Source of the DNA: an uncultured virus (IMG/VR IMGVR_UViG_3300008954_001678)
Lineage: Duplodnaviria; Heunggongvirae; Uroviricota; Caudoviricetes
Virus record (IMG/VR): IMGVR_UViG_3300008954_001678
Strand: one strand, 5' to 3'
Length of the DNA stretch: 64,000 nt
Positions 37,104 to 46,820 of the stretch are shown in pieces. Every line of letters begins with the position of its first letter. The first letter of the stretch is position 1. Made by a program: the position numbers and the translations under genes. Under the pieces are notes generated by a model that was given only the letters and a program-made list of their open reading frames with translations, searched no databases and had not been told where the DNA came from.

Positions 37104-37598
37104 ATGAAACTAATTAATACAGTAAGAGATATTATCCAGGAACAAGATACGGATAAAGGTAAGAAATGGATTTCTACCGAAGATAAGAACTTTGTCATGA
37201 AACATAAGAAGTATATTGCTGATTGTGTTAAAGACCCTAAGAAACATAAGTTCTGTGAAAAACTTCTTTCTCTTATGGATGTCACGTCCACTACTACAAC
37301 GACCACTAAGGTACTTCCTGAGAATACCATGGCCGCGACTACACGTAAAGGTAGAGGCAATTGGTCTCCAGAAGCGGAACAAGACCTATATGCGTTTCAC
37401 CCTGAATTAAAGAAGGACATAGCTCTAGAAGAGGATTTTGTTGAAGAAGATTATTCACTACGAGATACTTTTACATCAGCTGATAGAAGAATGTTGCATG
37501 CGATTTATGATGTTCTTGTTAAAGGTGGTTCAGGTGGTGGTTACAAAGGTGGAAGAAAACGTTCAATTGCTCCTCTGGGCCATTTATCCCCTAATTAA
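37104..37598 (+). CDS. Leader-bearing hypothetical protein
   Basis: MKLINTVRDIIQEQ; TATTTAT at 37092. Confidence 0.65.
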   Translation: MKLINTVRDIIQEQDTDKGKKWISTEDKNFVMKHKKYIADCVKDPKKHKFCEKLLSLMDVTSTTTTTTKVLPENTMAATTRKGRGNWSPEAEQDLYAFHPELKKDIALEEDFVEEDYSLRDTFTSADRRMLHAIYDVLVKGGSGGGYKGGRKRSIAPLGHLSPN

Positions 37599-37600
37599 AA

Positions 37601-38356
37601 ATGACTTCGTGGAATAGTTACTCATCTAAACAACCAATACAAGATGAGTCTCCATTAGAATTACATATATCCAAAGATTCGTCAGACGATTTTGATATAA
37701 ATCTTCCGATGTTCGAAAAATACCTCCCTACTAAAGAAAGAATTCGTATAAAAGAGATAGCATGTAAACATCTCGATGCAATGAATGGTGCTACCCGTTA
37801 TATGGATATGAAAGCAGAAGAATCGTGGCATCCGTTTGAGTGGCCTAAAGAATTGACAGACCCTCAAGACATTTACGAAATTAACTTTAGACCGATGCAG
37901 TATCTACTAAACTTAATAGGTAAGTACAAGGTTGACCCTAGAAAAGTAAGGATTTTATGTTGGGGTTGTGGTCCCGCCATAATTGATTATCATTTGGATA
38001 AACTGGGATTCAATATGACATCACATGATAATTGGTCACAATTAGGTAAACCCCAAGTCATTAATTGGTTAAAACATATTGAAGATACTGAGGGTTATAA
38101 ACATACTATTAACTTTGTGGATGAGGTGGAACTTTTATGTGATATGGACTTTGATATTTTATACGATACTGGAAATAGAATGGATATCGAACGTATAGTA
38201 CAGAACCCAAATGTAAAACTAATCTTTACATGGTTACCAGATGAGAGAATGGGAGGAACAAATATAACTTATCTAAAGGAAAATTTCACTAGAAAAAATT
38301 TCAACGGTATAATAGCATTTTTTAATAATAACCACTTTAAGGGACGAATTAGGTAA
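37601..38356 (+). CDS. SAM-dependent methyltransferase-like protein
   Basis: ILCWGCGPA...SHDNWSQ. Confidence 0.5.
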   Translation: MTSWNSYSSKQPIQDESPLELHISKDSSDDFDINLPMFEKYLPTKERIRIKEIACKHLDAMNGATRYMDMKAEESWHPFEWPKELTDPQDIYEINFRPMQYLLNLIGKYKVDPRKVRILCWGCGPAIIDYHLDKLGFNMTSHDNWSQLGKPQVINWLKHIEDTEGYKHTINFVDEVELLCDMDFDILYDTGNRMDIERIVQNPNVKLIFTWLPDERMGGTNITYLKENFTRKNFNGIIAFFNNNHFKGRIR

Positions 38357-38420
38357 TTTATTAGGAAACCCAACCAGTTTAGCTTTTCTATTATATTTAT
38401 ATATTAAAAACTACACTACT

Positions 38421-39755
38421 ATGAAAATACACATTAAAGAATCCGAACTAATTCAAATTATAGACCAGGTTTTAAATGAACAAGAATATAGCCAAGGCAA
38501 CGTTGGTTTGGGTGGAGGTGCAACTTCCACAGATTCGTCTGGTTCATTTGATTCAGCTGGTTCTTGGAAACAAGGTGGTATTTTAACTGGTAAAGCAAGA
38601 AAAGGAAAAGATGGTAGAAAGAGAGTAAAGACAAATACTGCTATCCCTGATTCATTTACAGGTGGATGGCAAACAGTCGATACACAACATAAGACTGATG
38701 ATATGGGTAAAATTTCTTCTGCAGTTAATACAATAGACCAACCAAAATCAAGAAAAAATACATCACCTACAGACGACCCAAACAGTATCAATGCTGAGGG
38801 TCCAGCATTAGTATGGCCAAATCCTCAAGACCAAAATGGTCGAGACCCATACGATGATGATAACCCAAGACAAAGAAGAGACCCAAAACCAAAAGGTAAA
38901 AATAAAAAGGATTGGCGTTCACCTCCTTGTTGTGAATCTTGTGGAGGAGGAAAATGGAGAAGATGTCAAGGTGGAGCTAAGAAACCAGGAGTGTGTAAAT
39001 ACAATTCTTTAACCGATTGTCAAATGTTAGGTAATCCTAAAGGTAATCTAAAACCACTAAAATTAAAAGCCATATACGAAAGTAAGAAACCTACTTCTAA
39101 GAGAAAAGTAATTCGTATTACGGAAAGTAACCTTAAAAACTTAATTAAGAAAGCTCTCATTAGTGAACAAGAGGGAAAAGCTGTAAATGTTAAGCCAGAA
39201 GAATTTGTATGTGACAAATGTAGATGGAATGGATTAAAAACTCATCAACTTACAGCTGACGGTAAACCAACGGGTGACATTCTGTTATTCTTAACTTTAT
39301 TTAATCATACAGGTAATGATACAGATAGAATTGAAAGATTTGATTGGGAAGGAAATGTAAAAGATGAAAGAAGAGGTTACGCTGAATTAAAAAGAAAAGC
39401 TGACGCAGCTAACAAAAAATATGGTATTACAATAAAAATACCACAACTTAACGGTTTTATGGAAAAGGAAGAAAAATCAAAAGAAAAATTTCCATCAGAC
39501 CCACGGAGAGTAGGGAAACTTAGAGAACAGATAAGTACTAGTTGTAAACCTTGTCCTTCAAGTACAAGATTCCCAGCTGTTGTGAATCCTACATGTGGTA
39601 AAAGAGTTAAATGTGATGGTCGTCCATGTGGTGATAAGGATTATTTTGGTGGATGTTGTGATAAAGCTAAAGAAGGAACGTATAAATTATTTAACGGAGC
39701 CGGACAAGCATCTTGTAATTGTTATCAAGCAGTACACATGAGTTATTGTAAATAA
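38421..39755 (+). CDS. Leader-bearing multi-segment protein with Cys-rich modules
   Basis: MKIHIKESELIQIIDQVLNEQ; second internal leader VIRITESNLKNLIKKALISEQ; WRSPPCC module. Confidence 0.75.
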   Translation: MKIHIKESELIQIIDQVLNEQEYSQGNVGLGGGATSTDSSGSFDSAGSWKQGGILTGKARKGKDGRKRVKTNTAIPDSFTGGWQTVDTQHKTDDMGKISSAVNTIDQPKSRKNTSPTDDPNSINAEGPALVWPNPQDQNGRDPYDDDNPRQRRDPKPKGKNKKDWRSPPCCESCGGGKWRRCQGGAKKPGVCKYNSLTDCQMLGNPKGNLKPLKLKAIYESKKPTSKRKVIRITESNLKNLIKKALISEQEGKAVNVKPEEFVCDKCRWNGLKTHQLTADGKPTGDILLFLTLFNHTGNDTDRIERFDWEGNVKDERRGYAELKRKADAANKKYGITIKIPQLNGFMEKEEKSKEKFPSDPRRVGKLREQISTSCKPCPSSTRFPAVVNPTCGKRVKCDGRPCGDKDYFGGCCDKAKEGTYKLFNGAGQASCNCYQAVHMSYCK

Positions 39756-39764
39756 ATTAATATT

Positions 39765-40403
39765 ATGAGATTAACAGAACAAGAAAAAAATAGAATACTT
39801 AGTCTACACACTAATAGTAAAAATGTTAATGGTTCATTGATTACTGAACAGTATACGTGGAAGGGACCAGTTGATATGACAGACGAACTAATAGCTAGAG
39901 GTCAGGTTGGCATGAGTGATGATTTAAGAGATTGGGAGGCACAGAGTGATAGTGTAAAAAATATATTTTTCTGTTTAGACGGAAGAGAGTATAGGGACTA
40001 TGGTTTTGATGAACCGACCTATGAAAGATTCCTGTGGTTATGGCAGTCTATTGAAGGAAAGGCAGGTACAGATGAAGATGGTGTATATCAAGCAATTTCT
40101 TCTTGGTGTAATGAGGAAAATAGAAAGGGTTGTCCTAAATTTACCGATAAAGGTAAATATACAATAAGTGACCTTGAAAAATTTAAACCTATTTTACAAT
40201 GTATGAAAACTAAAGAACCGTGGAAAAACGATTTTACCAAAACTGATGTTAGTGTGTGGTCATGGATATTAGATGATTTTAGTGGGATAGAAAAATGTTA
40301 CTTACAAGCTTTTATGAATGGAAAAGGCCGTGGAGATTGTGATACGAAACATGGTTATTTCTGGTGGAATAAAGCATCAAACTTCATAAAAGGATTATTC
40401 TAA
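39765..40403 (+). CDS. Leader-bearing protein with annexin-like GTDE motif
   Basis: MRLTEQEKNRILSLH...LITEQ; IEGKAGTDEDGVYQAI. Confidence 0.6.
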   Translation: MRLTEQEKNRILSLHTNSKNVNGSLITEQYTWKGPVDMTDELIARGQVGMSDDLRDWEAQSDSVKNIFFCLDGREYRDYGFDEPTYERFLWLWQSIEGKAGTDEDGVYQAISSWCNEENRKGCPKFTDKGKYTISDLEKFKPILQCMKTKEPWKNDFTKTDVSVWSWILDDFSGIEKCYLQAFMNGKGRGDCDTKHGYFWWNKASNFIKGLF

Positions 40404-40410
40404 GAGTAAT

Positions 40411-40782
40411 ATGAAAATTAGATTAACAGAATCAGCACTTATTTCTCTTATAGAACAAGCTATAGTAGATGATTACGGGGTAAAGAAAAACTTATACAAA
40501 CAACTCACTTTATCACAACCTAACGAATTTTATGAACATGAGGAGGAAGATGATGATAGACCTGATAATTGGAGAGAACTTCCAGGATATAATCCTGATT
40601 ACTTTTATGGTACTGACAAGGAAGAGTCTTGGAGAGATAGATTGACTAGAAAAATAGCTGGAGTTAGTGATGACCAAGCTAAATACAATAGAGAACATGG
40701 ATTACCTAATACTTGGAGAGGTAGTAAGGAAGGTTACCATGAATACATCACTAAAAAAACCTTCCCTTCAGGAAGTAATTAA
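40411..40782 (+). CDS. Leader-bearing hypothetical protein
   Basis: MKIRLTESALISLIEQ. Confidence 0.7.
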   Translation: MKIRLTESALISLIEQAIVDDYGVKKNLYKQLTLSQPNEFYEHEEEDDDRPDNWRELPGYNPDYFYGTDKEESWRDRLTRKIAGVSDDQAKYNREHGLPNTWRGSKEGYHEYITKKTFPSGSN

Positions 40783-40831
40783 ACCTCACCTTTTTTACCC
40801 AATATAAAGTATTTATTATAAAACCCTTATA

Positions 40832-42169
40832 ATGATTATATCTGAACAAGAAAAAAATAGAATACTTAATTTACATCAGATAAGTACAAATGTCAATGGA
40901 GTGTTAATTACAGAACAAAGTAATTCAGAGAAAGCATATTACTGGATTAGAGTAAAACAATCTGATACAGTCAACTGGGGTAAAGGTTGGGAGGCAAAGG
41001 AAGCAGAAGAGAAGAATATATGGTGGAAAGCTGAGTACCCACACTACGAAACCCAAGGTGCGATAGAGGATTGGAATGAAGAAACAAACGATAGGGGAGA
41101 GAAGATGAGGATAATTAAAAGAACAAAGGGTAAATATCTGTATAGCTGGGTTGTCGGACCTTTCGATAAACTTTCGGAAGCTAGAGAGATGGCAGAGAAG
41201 ATACGAGGATATAACAGTCCCACACATAATGCACAATATTTTTCAGCCGCCTTCGTATACCAACAATGTGGAACAACACCAGGATTTGGTACGATAGTTA
41301 AGGTAGGTACTAAATGTGGAGAAACAAAAGGTGATGTAGCAACTGAAACTGAAACTGATAGGTTTCCTAATTTAGAACTTTCAGACTCTCTAGATTTAAA
41401 TAAGATGCCTACCTTTGACCCAACCAAAGAAGGTAAAGTCTATAAGTGTGGTTTAGAAGGATGTGCAGCTTATGTACGTTCAACTTTGGACCAATACCAA
41501 GGAAATGCATGGCATGCCCATAGAATGAATGATAATTTAGTATACTCAACGTTTAAAGGTAATTCTGCTAGTCAGAAGGGGGCCATGGAACAACTTTTTA
41601 CTCTGATAAATAAAAATGCAGGAAAACTTTCAAGTAATAAAGACTCATTTGATGATGCTGCAAGAAAGATTAGTAAATCTTTAGTCCCGAGCCAAAGTAA
41701 ATTTACTAATTTAGAAATAGATGATGTTGTTGGATTATACTACGACCCATCAAGTATGCACTCTACAGCATTTTTTGAAGGAATGACAGGTTATGATGAT
41801 AATGGTAAAGGTACTAAATTAGGTGACGGCCCATTCATGGTTACACAAGACGGTAAAGAATGGAATCCAAATCATTTAGGAAAAGACGTACAGTTTAAAG
41901 CTGGAAAAACTTTAACCGCAGGTAATGGACCTGGATTAAACACACACTTAGGTTTTGTAGGTGCGAAAAATGACGGTAAACCAATAATATTTCATAATAT
42001 TCATGGACAGGTGTGGGCTACCCCTCTAGATAAATTGAGTAAAAACGGTACCGCGATAGTATGGGCAAAAAGAGGTGAAGGAACGTCAGGTCAGGAAGTG
42101 GTACTAAAATCAAACCTTGATACTGTCAAACAAAAATTCACTCAATTATATAATAAGTACTTTGATTAA
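40832..42169 (+). CDS. Leader-bearing protein with SPOR-like segment and CHAP/NlpC-like Cys-His amidase domain
   Basis: VGPFDKLSEAREMAEKI...AAFV; GCAAYVR...GNAWH...THLGFV. Confidence 0.6.
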   Translation: MIISEQEKNRILNLHQISTNVNGVLITEQSNSEKAYYWIRVKQSDTVNWGKGWEAKEAEEKNIWWKAEYPHYETQGAIEDWNEETNDRGEKMRIIKRTKGKYLYSWVVGPFDKLSEAREMAEKIRGYNSPTHNAQYFSAAFVYQQCGTTPGFGTIVKVGTKCGETKGDVATETETDRFPNLELSDSLDLNKMPTFDPTKEGKVYKCGLEGCAAYVRSTLDQYQGNAWHAHRMNDNLVYSTFKGNSASQKGAMEQLFTLINKNAGKLSSNKDSFDDAARKISKSLVPSQSKFTNLEIDDVVGLYYDPSSMHSTAFFEGMTGYDDNGKGTKLGDGPFMVTQDGKEWNPNHLGKDVQFKAGKTLTAGNGPGLNTHLGFVGAKNDGKPIIFHNIHGQVWATPLDKLSKNGTAIVWAKRGEGTSGQEVVLKSNLDTVKQKFTQLYNKYFD

Positions 42170-42175
42170 ATTACT

Positions 42176-43063
42176 ATGAAAATTATAATCACTGAATCTC
42201 AACTAAAGAATATAGTTTCCGAACAAGTACCAGTTGCTCCTGAGGATTATAAGGAAAGTGGGAATGATGGTAAGGATAAATTTGAAAATAAAGCCTTATC
42301 TCGATTGATGAAATGTCTTCCTAGTAAGGAAGTAGCCCTTGCTGTGTATACCGCTCTTAAACAAAAAAATAAAATTAAAAAGTTAGCAGGAATAAGTGAC
42401 GATAAACTATTCTTGAGTATTTTGAAGTATGCGATTGCAACAATGGGTAGAGAAACAGATTACACTCTAGGTGATTATAAAGATGCCGCAGCTTTAACTG
42501 TAAGAAATCTTCCTTTAGGTGATTGGTTAATGGACACTGTTGAAGATTTAGCTGGCCAAGGAATGAGTTTAGGTCCAGCACAGTTTACTAAAGACACCTG
42601 GGAGGAATATGGTTTAGATAAAAAAGTAGGAAAGTTTACTAGTGTTGGGAATGTGGTCAACGCACTAATAGGTACAATTTATAGGATAGCGGCAGACTAT
42701 AAATTAGCTTTAGAACGAGGAGTTGGAACCAAACCTTCTGTTAATCCTATAGCAGTTCAACAAGGTAAGATAAAAAATATTGATGGTAGTGGGAACATCT
42801 CCATGGACTTAGCAATAATCGCTCATAATATGGGGCAAAATAAAATTAAAAAATATTGTAAAACTAGTGATTCGCGTTATAATGCCCCATGTGATAGTAA
42901 GAATGGGCTTTACAAACCTTTTAAAGATAAACCACCTATTAAAGTTTATACGGATAAAGTTGTAGAAGGATATTTCCCAAATCTTAGATTTGAACAATTA
43001 ACATCGATAGGGTATTTGGAAGAAGTGGTGAAACGAGCAAATGCGTTCACTTGTATTACTTAA
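42176..43063 (+). CDS. Leader-bearing lysozyme-fold / transglycosylase-like protein
   Basis: MKIIITESQLKNIVSEQ; MGRET...SLGPAQF...AIIAHNMG. Confidence 0.55.
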   Translation: MKIIITESQLKNIVSEQVPVAPEDYKESGNDGKDKFENKALSRLMKCLPSKEVALAVYTALKQKNKIKKLAGISDDKLFLSILKYAIATMGRETDYTLGDYKDAAALTVRNLPLGDWLMDTVEDLAGQGMSLGPAQFTKDTWEEYGLDKKVGKFTSVGNVVNALIGTIYRIAADYKLALERGVGTKPSVNPIAVQQGKIKNIDGSGNISMDLAIIAHNMGQNKIKKYCKTSDSRYNAPCDSKNGLYKPFKDKPPIKVYTDKVVEGYFPNLRFEQLTSIGYLEEVVKRANAFTCIT

Positions 43064-43754
43064 AATTACCACTAATATAAACAGGTGGTTGGTCAATACC
43101 TATAATAGATTTTATACCATCACTCCAAGCTTTGAAAGTGGAGAAATATCCGTCAGTCTTAAAGTAATAATCCACTGAAGTTCCACCGTCACAAAATATT
43201 GCATCCACTAAATTATAAGTCTCTCCAAATTCTATAATAGTTTTCGCATCTAATCTGATTTTAGAAACAATAAGAATTATTTGACCTTTTTCATTTTCCC
43301 CAATTAAAGTACGTAATACTTTTACTTTGGAGTGATTCTCACTAACACCGAAGTTATTAATTTTACCGTCATTAATTGCCCAGAAAACGGATTGAGCACT
43401 ATGTTGGGTAGACGAAGGACAATATCTACTACTTACAGAAGGTTTTCCGTTTTTCACATAGAAGAACCCACCACCTTTACGTTTATTGTGTTTTTTCTTA
43501 CCATCTACAACCACTAATCCCATCGGTTCACCACCTTTAAAAAAGTAATTAGCATTTATGTAAAAATCCGTGTTTGTTGGTCTACCTTCACTTACACTGA
43601 ATTCAAAATGTTTAGGGTTAAATTCTAATACCTCATACGATGCACTCTTAGAAATAGTAACTCCTTCATTTTTAAATACTACTTCCATTTCTGTACTGCA
43701 AGGAGTAAAGAAAGTCATAAGGAGAGTTAAGATGGATAGTGTTATTGTTTTCAT
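43056..43754 (-). CDS. Phosphodiester glycosidase (NAGPA/DUF2233)-like secreted protein
   Basis: INANYF...PMGLVVVDG...RTLIG...AIFCDGGTS; signal peptide; TAnnTTTG promoter 4 nt upstream. Confidence 0.7.
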   Translation of the reverse strand: MKTITLSILTLLMTFFTPCSTEMEVVFKNEGVTISKSASYEVLEFNPKHFEFSVSEGRPTNTDFYINANYFFKGGEPMGLVVVDGKKKHNKRKGGGFFYVKNGKPSVSSRYCPSSTQHSAQSVFWAINDGKINNFGVSENHSKVKVLRTLIGENEKGQIILIVSKIRLDAKTIIEFGETYNLVDAIFCDGGTSVDYYFKTDGYFSTFKAWSDGIKSIIGIDQPPVYISGNFK

Positions 43755-43848
43755 ACTACAAAGATAAATAAATTTATTGACATAACCAAATAATTTCCCT
43801 ATCTTTATAGAGTCTTATAGACATAAACTTTTTAAAACATAAAATGAC

Positions 43849-44160
43849 ATGGAAACTATTTTAACAGTTTTAATTACACTTGGGGTTGTATTATTAATGT
43901 ATGCAGTTGTGGGTGTGGTAAGGTTGAGTAGAAAGGTCGATGACTTGGAACTTCTAAGAATGGAGGTGGTCGATGTGGAAAGTAGAATGGAAAAAGCGTG
44001 GGACGAAATTAATACCGACCTACGTCAATACCAAACAGAGAATGAATCTAACATGGATAGAAGATTAGATAATCTCTGGAGTGAACTTCACATCACTAAA
44101 AAACTGGCTAAGAAATTAGACAAGACAGTTAACCCTAATACGGAATTACTTAAATCTTAA
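43849..44160 (+). CDS. Membrane-anchored coiled-coil protein
   Basis: N-terminal TM helix followed by heptad-like region. Confidence 0.65.
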   Translation: METILTVLITLGVVLLMYAVVGVVRLSRKVDDLELLRMEVVDVESRMEKAWDEINTDLRQYQTENESNMDRRLDNLWSELHITKKLAKKLDKTVNPNTELLKS

Positions 44161-44163
44161 ATT

Positions 44164-44190
44164 AAAAAAGGTCCTTCGGGACCTTTTTTT
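44164..44190. terminator. Bidirectional intrinsic terminator
   Basis: AAAAAAGGTCC-TTCG-GGACCTTTTTTT between convergent genes. Confidence 0.9.
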
Positions 44191-44524
44191 ATAACATACC
44201 TAATTCTAATTTTGCTTCTTCACTCATAAAACTTCTATCCCATGGAGGGTCAAAAGTAATATTCACATCACATTTATTAACATCTTGTAAATTTTCGATA
44301 ACTTCTTTTACGTTAAGGGGGAGAGTTTCCGCAACAGGGCAGTTGGGGCTAGTTAATGTCATCTCTACATTAACATTAAATTTATCTTTATCACGTTTAA
44401 GATTAATAAAATAAATCAATCCTAATTCATAAACATCTACTGGAATTTCCGGGTCGAGTACAGTTTTAATAACCATAATAATTTGGTCTTCTAATATTTT
44501 TTCTGGTGTCATACCTTCTCCCAT
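44189..44524 (-). CDS. Fe-S cluster assembly protein (DUF59/SufT family)
   Basis: DPEIPVDVYELGLIY...MTLTSPNCP...FDPPW...MSEEAKLELG. Confidence 0.9.
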   Translation of the reverse strand: MGEGMTPEKILEDQIIMVIKTVLDPEIPVDVYELGLIYFINLKRDKDKFNVNVEMTLTSPNCPVAETLPLNVKEVIENLQDVNKCDVNITFDPPWDRSFMSEEAKLELGML

Positions 44525-44907
44525 TTTCCGTTATTTAATAGTTTAAATGACCCTACATATGGTTGGTCCCATTCACTAGGTGATATAAGACTTAAAAACA
44601 GTTCCCTATCTTTTCTTTCATATAAATAATAAATGGTACCAACTAATGGTTGGAAACTGTATTCAGATTCGTAAACTAATTTGGTCCAATTATATTCTTT
44701 TACTAGATGTTGGTACTCTTCCTTGAGTTCGTTAAGTCGTGATTCGAAATAGGTATTAGCTTTGTGTTGTTCTCTTTTGTCTACACTGATAGGTTTAAAG
44801 GAAGGAGCCCCTAGGTTAGTGGGGTAATGTTTAATCTTTGCGTCAAATTTACCTTCAGTATAAACAACACTATCAGGATATTCTTTATTGTCTGTAGTAT
44901 TAACCAT
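44509..44907 (-). CDS. DUF2452-like protein
   Basis: YPTNLGAP.F...Y.FQP.VG..YYLY...FLSLISPSEW. Confidence 0.7.
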   Translation of the reverse strand: MVNTTDNKEYPDSVVYTEGKFDAKIKHYPTNLGAPSFKPISVDKREQHKANTYFESRLNELKEEYQHLVKEYNWTKLVYESEYSFQPLVGTIYYLYERKDRELFLSLISPSEWDQPYVGSFKLLNNGKWEKV

Positions 44908-45016
44908 AAGTTATAATAAAGGGCCCGAACTACCTGTGTATTTAGATGCTCTCATTCTTTCTTCTTCAATGAAAGCCCAATACTTATTCCATTTCTTAAT
45001 TCTTGTTACTATTCTT

Positions 45017-45268
45017 TTAAATATTTTTTTCATCGGTTTTTAATTTTAATATAGTTCCACATTTTTCATATTCTTCTAAATCTTCAAAATATTCAATCAT
45101 TAAATCTAGGAGAAAGTTGTCAGCAGTTTCCTTCCCAGGTTCTATAAGAAAAATTGGGTCTTCGTTTTGGTCGACCATACTCTCTACAATATCTTCCATA
45201 GTCGCTTCACCCGATAATAAACGATAAGTGTTATTAATTCCTATTTCTACAGTTTTGTGTACATTCAT
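45017..45268 (-). CDS. Hypothetical protein with YFExxEEYExC motif
   Basis: MIEYFEDLEEYEKC. Confidence 0.65.
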   Translation of the reverse strand: MNVHKTVEIGINNTYRLLSGEATMEDIVESMVDQNEDPIFLIEPGKETADNFLLDLMIEYFEDLEEYEKCGTILKLKTDEKNI

Positions 45269-45269
45269 T

Positions 45270-45650
45270 TTATATCCATTTATTTTTTTTAAAGTATACC
45301 CACATCCCTCCGATTGTTAATATTGATAGAACCATGAATATCCAAAATCCATTATCATCAGTGATTAGAGGAACATCATCAAAATTCATTCCCCATAATC
45401 CAGTATAGAAAGAAAGAGGTAGAAAAATCGTAGACCAAATGGTTAAAAGATTTAATCTCTTATTCATAAGTTCATTTTGTTGTTTATCTAACATCGTTTC
45501 TAAAATCATATGTAATTCTAATAAATCTTGATTGTCTTTCTTAGTGTCAATCAAATGTTTTTTAAGTTTATAAAACTCTTTAATGTTAATTTCTTTCCCT
45601 TCAAAGATATCTTCTTCGAATTGTTGTAATTTGTTTTCTATTTTTTCCAT
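45270..45650 (-). CDS. Truncated CorA-family divalent-cation channel (C-terminal part)
   Basis: LTIWSTIFLPLSFYTGLWGMNF (GMN signature) plus second TM helix; start near 45650. Confidence 0.8.
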   Translation of the reverse strand: MEKIENKLQQFEEDIFEGKEINIKEFYKLKKHLIDTKKDNQDLLELHMILETMLDKQQNELMNKRLNLLTIWSTIFLPLSFYTGLWGMNFDDVPLITDDNGFWIFMVLSILTIGGMWVYFKKNKWI

Positions 45651-45853
45651 AAGTCTAATGTCCATAATAATGATTCTATAAAATAAAGTAATCCGACCAT
45701 TAACATCCCATAATGTGTCCACTCTCCTTGATGACCATAAGTAAAATCTTGATAGATTGATGGAATCGCGGAGACCATGATGGAGATACTAAATAATATC
45801 TTAACCCATCTCTTTTCTAGGAAAGATTGTTTCTTAGTCTTCATCTTCATCAA
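45638..45853 (-). CDS. Small membrane protein
   Basis: Two TM helices; start uncertain. Confidence 0.5.
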   Translation of the reverse strand: MMKMKTKKQSFLEKRWVKILFSISIMVSAIPSIYQDFTYGHQGEWTHYGMLMVGLLYFIESLLWTLDLWKK

Positions 45854-46127
45854 CATAACCGTCTTGTGAAAAATAAAAATTATCCTCATCAATGCTTTTT
45901 GTCTCCTCTATTAGGTTATTGATAATATGGTTTACACCGTATTTTTTATTAGGCATCTCAACTGCTTTTATAGCTTCATCTAATTTATTTAACGTTAATT
46001 CTACATTATAATCATAGAGGTCATAGTGATTATAGTCTGCGTAGTCAAATACGTCTTCTTTTAATTTATTAAGTCTTTCTAAAACTTCTTTTTTTGTAGT
46101 GTGGGTGTTGTAATTTTTAATACTCAT
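45834..46127 (-). CDS. Hypothetical protein
   Basis: 97-aa acidic ORF. Confidence 0.6.
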   Translation of the reverse strand: MSIKNYNTHTTKKEVLERLNKLKEDVFDYADYNHYDLYDYNVELTLNKLDEAIKAVEMPNKKYGVNHIINNLIEETKSIDEDNFYFSQDGYVDEDED

Positions 46128-46320
46128 ATAATTCTATTTAATGATTTAATTTCTTTATAAACAAATATAATAAAAATATTGTTATATTTCCACTCATATT
46201 ACTATAAATAGCCGCTTACCGGAATCCGGCTTCGACTTCGTCGACCGGAAATTCGTCCCCCCTCGTCTTTATTAAAAATTTATATAATAAGTAGATATTT
46301 ATAAATAAACATTAATTATT

Positions 46321-46779
46321 TTGGCTGTTAAAATATCCGATTATCTAAAGAGTAAAAAGAAAGCTGATTTAGAAATAACTAAAAATCAAGAAATCAGTGA
46401 TGACGTATGGGCATCGATTGACGAGGGACAAGTTCTTTCAGGAAGAACAGGTACATCATCTGAAGGAAAATCGTATAGAGCTGTGAGATTTAATCCTAAG
46501 AATACTACTAATGATGCGGATACAGACTCAAGAGAAGTAACCGAGTTAACTTTAATAGAAATTACTGGGGGAATTGAAGAACCTTGGGAAGACTATAGAG
46601 ATATTGTAATAAATTCTAGTGGTACTACTAAAGGAACTCTCTATCGACCTTTTCAGGGGTACTATCACAGCAGGACAATAAACGAAAATTATTTTCTAGG
46701 GAAGAGAGAAAACTCAGCAATTTATAACAATGACCTTCTATTTAATAAATTTCCTGGTATTAGGAAACAAACGTCTTAA
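46321..46779 (+). CDS. Hypothetical protein
   Basis: 152-aa ORF (TTG start) with TATTTAT upstream. Confidence 0.6.
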   Translation: MAVKISDYLKSKKKADLEITKNQEISDDVWASIDEGQVLSGRTGTSSEGKSYRAVRFNPKNTTNDADTDSREVTELTLIEITGGIEEPWEDYRDIVINSSGTTKGTLYRPFQGYYHSRTINENYFLGKRENSAIYNNDLLFNKFPGIRKQTS

Positions 46780-46820
46780 TCACTTAATTAATATATTTAT
46801 ATATAAATAATCTAATTCAT

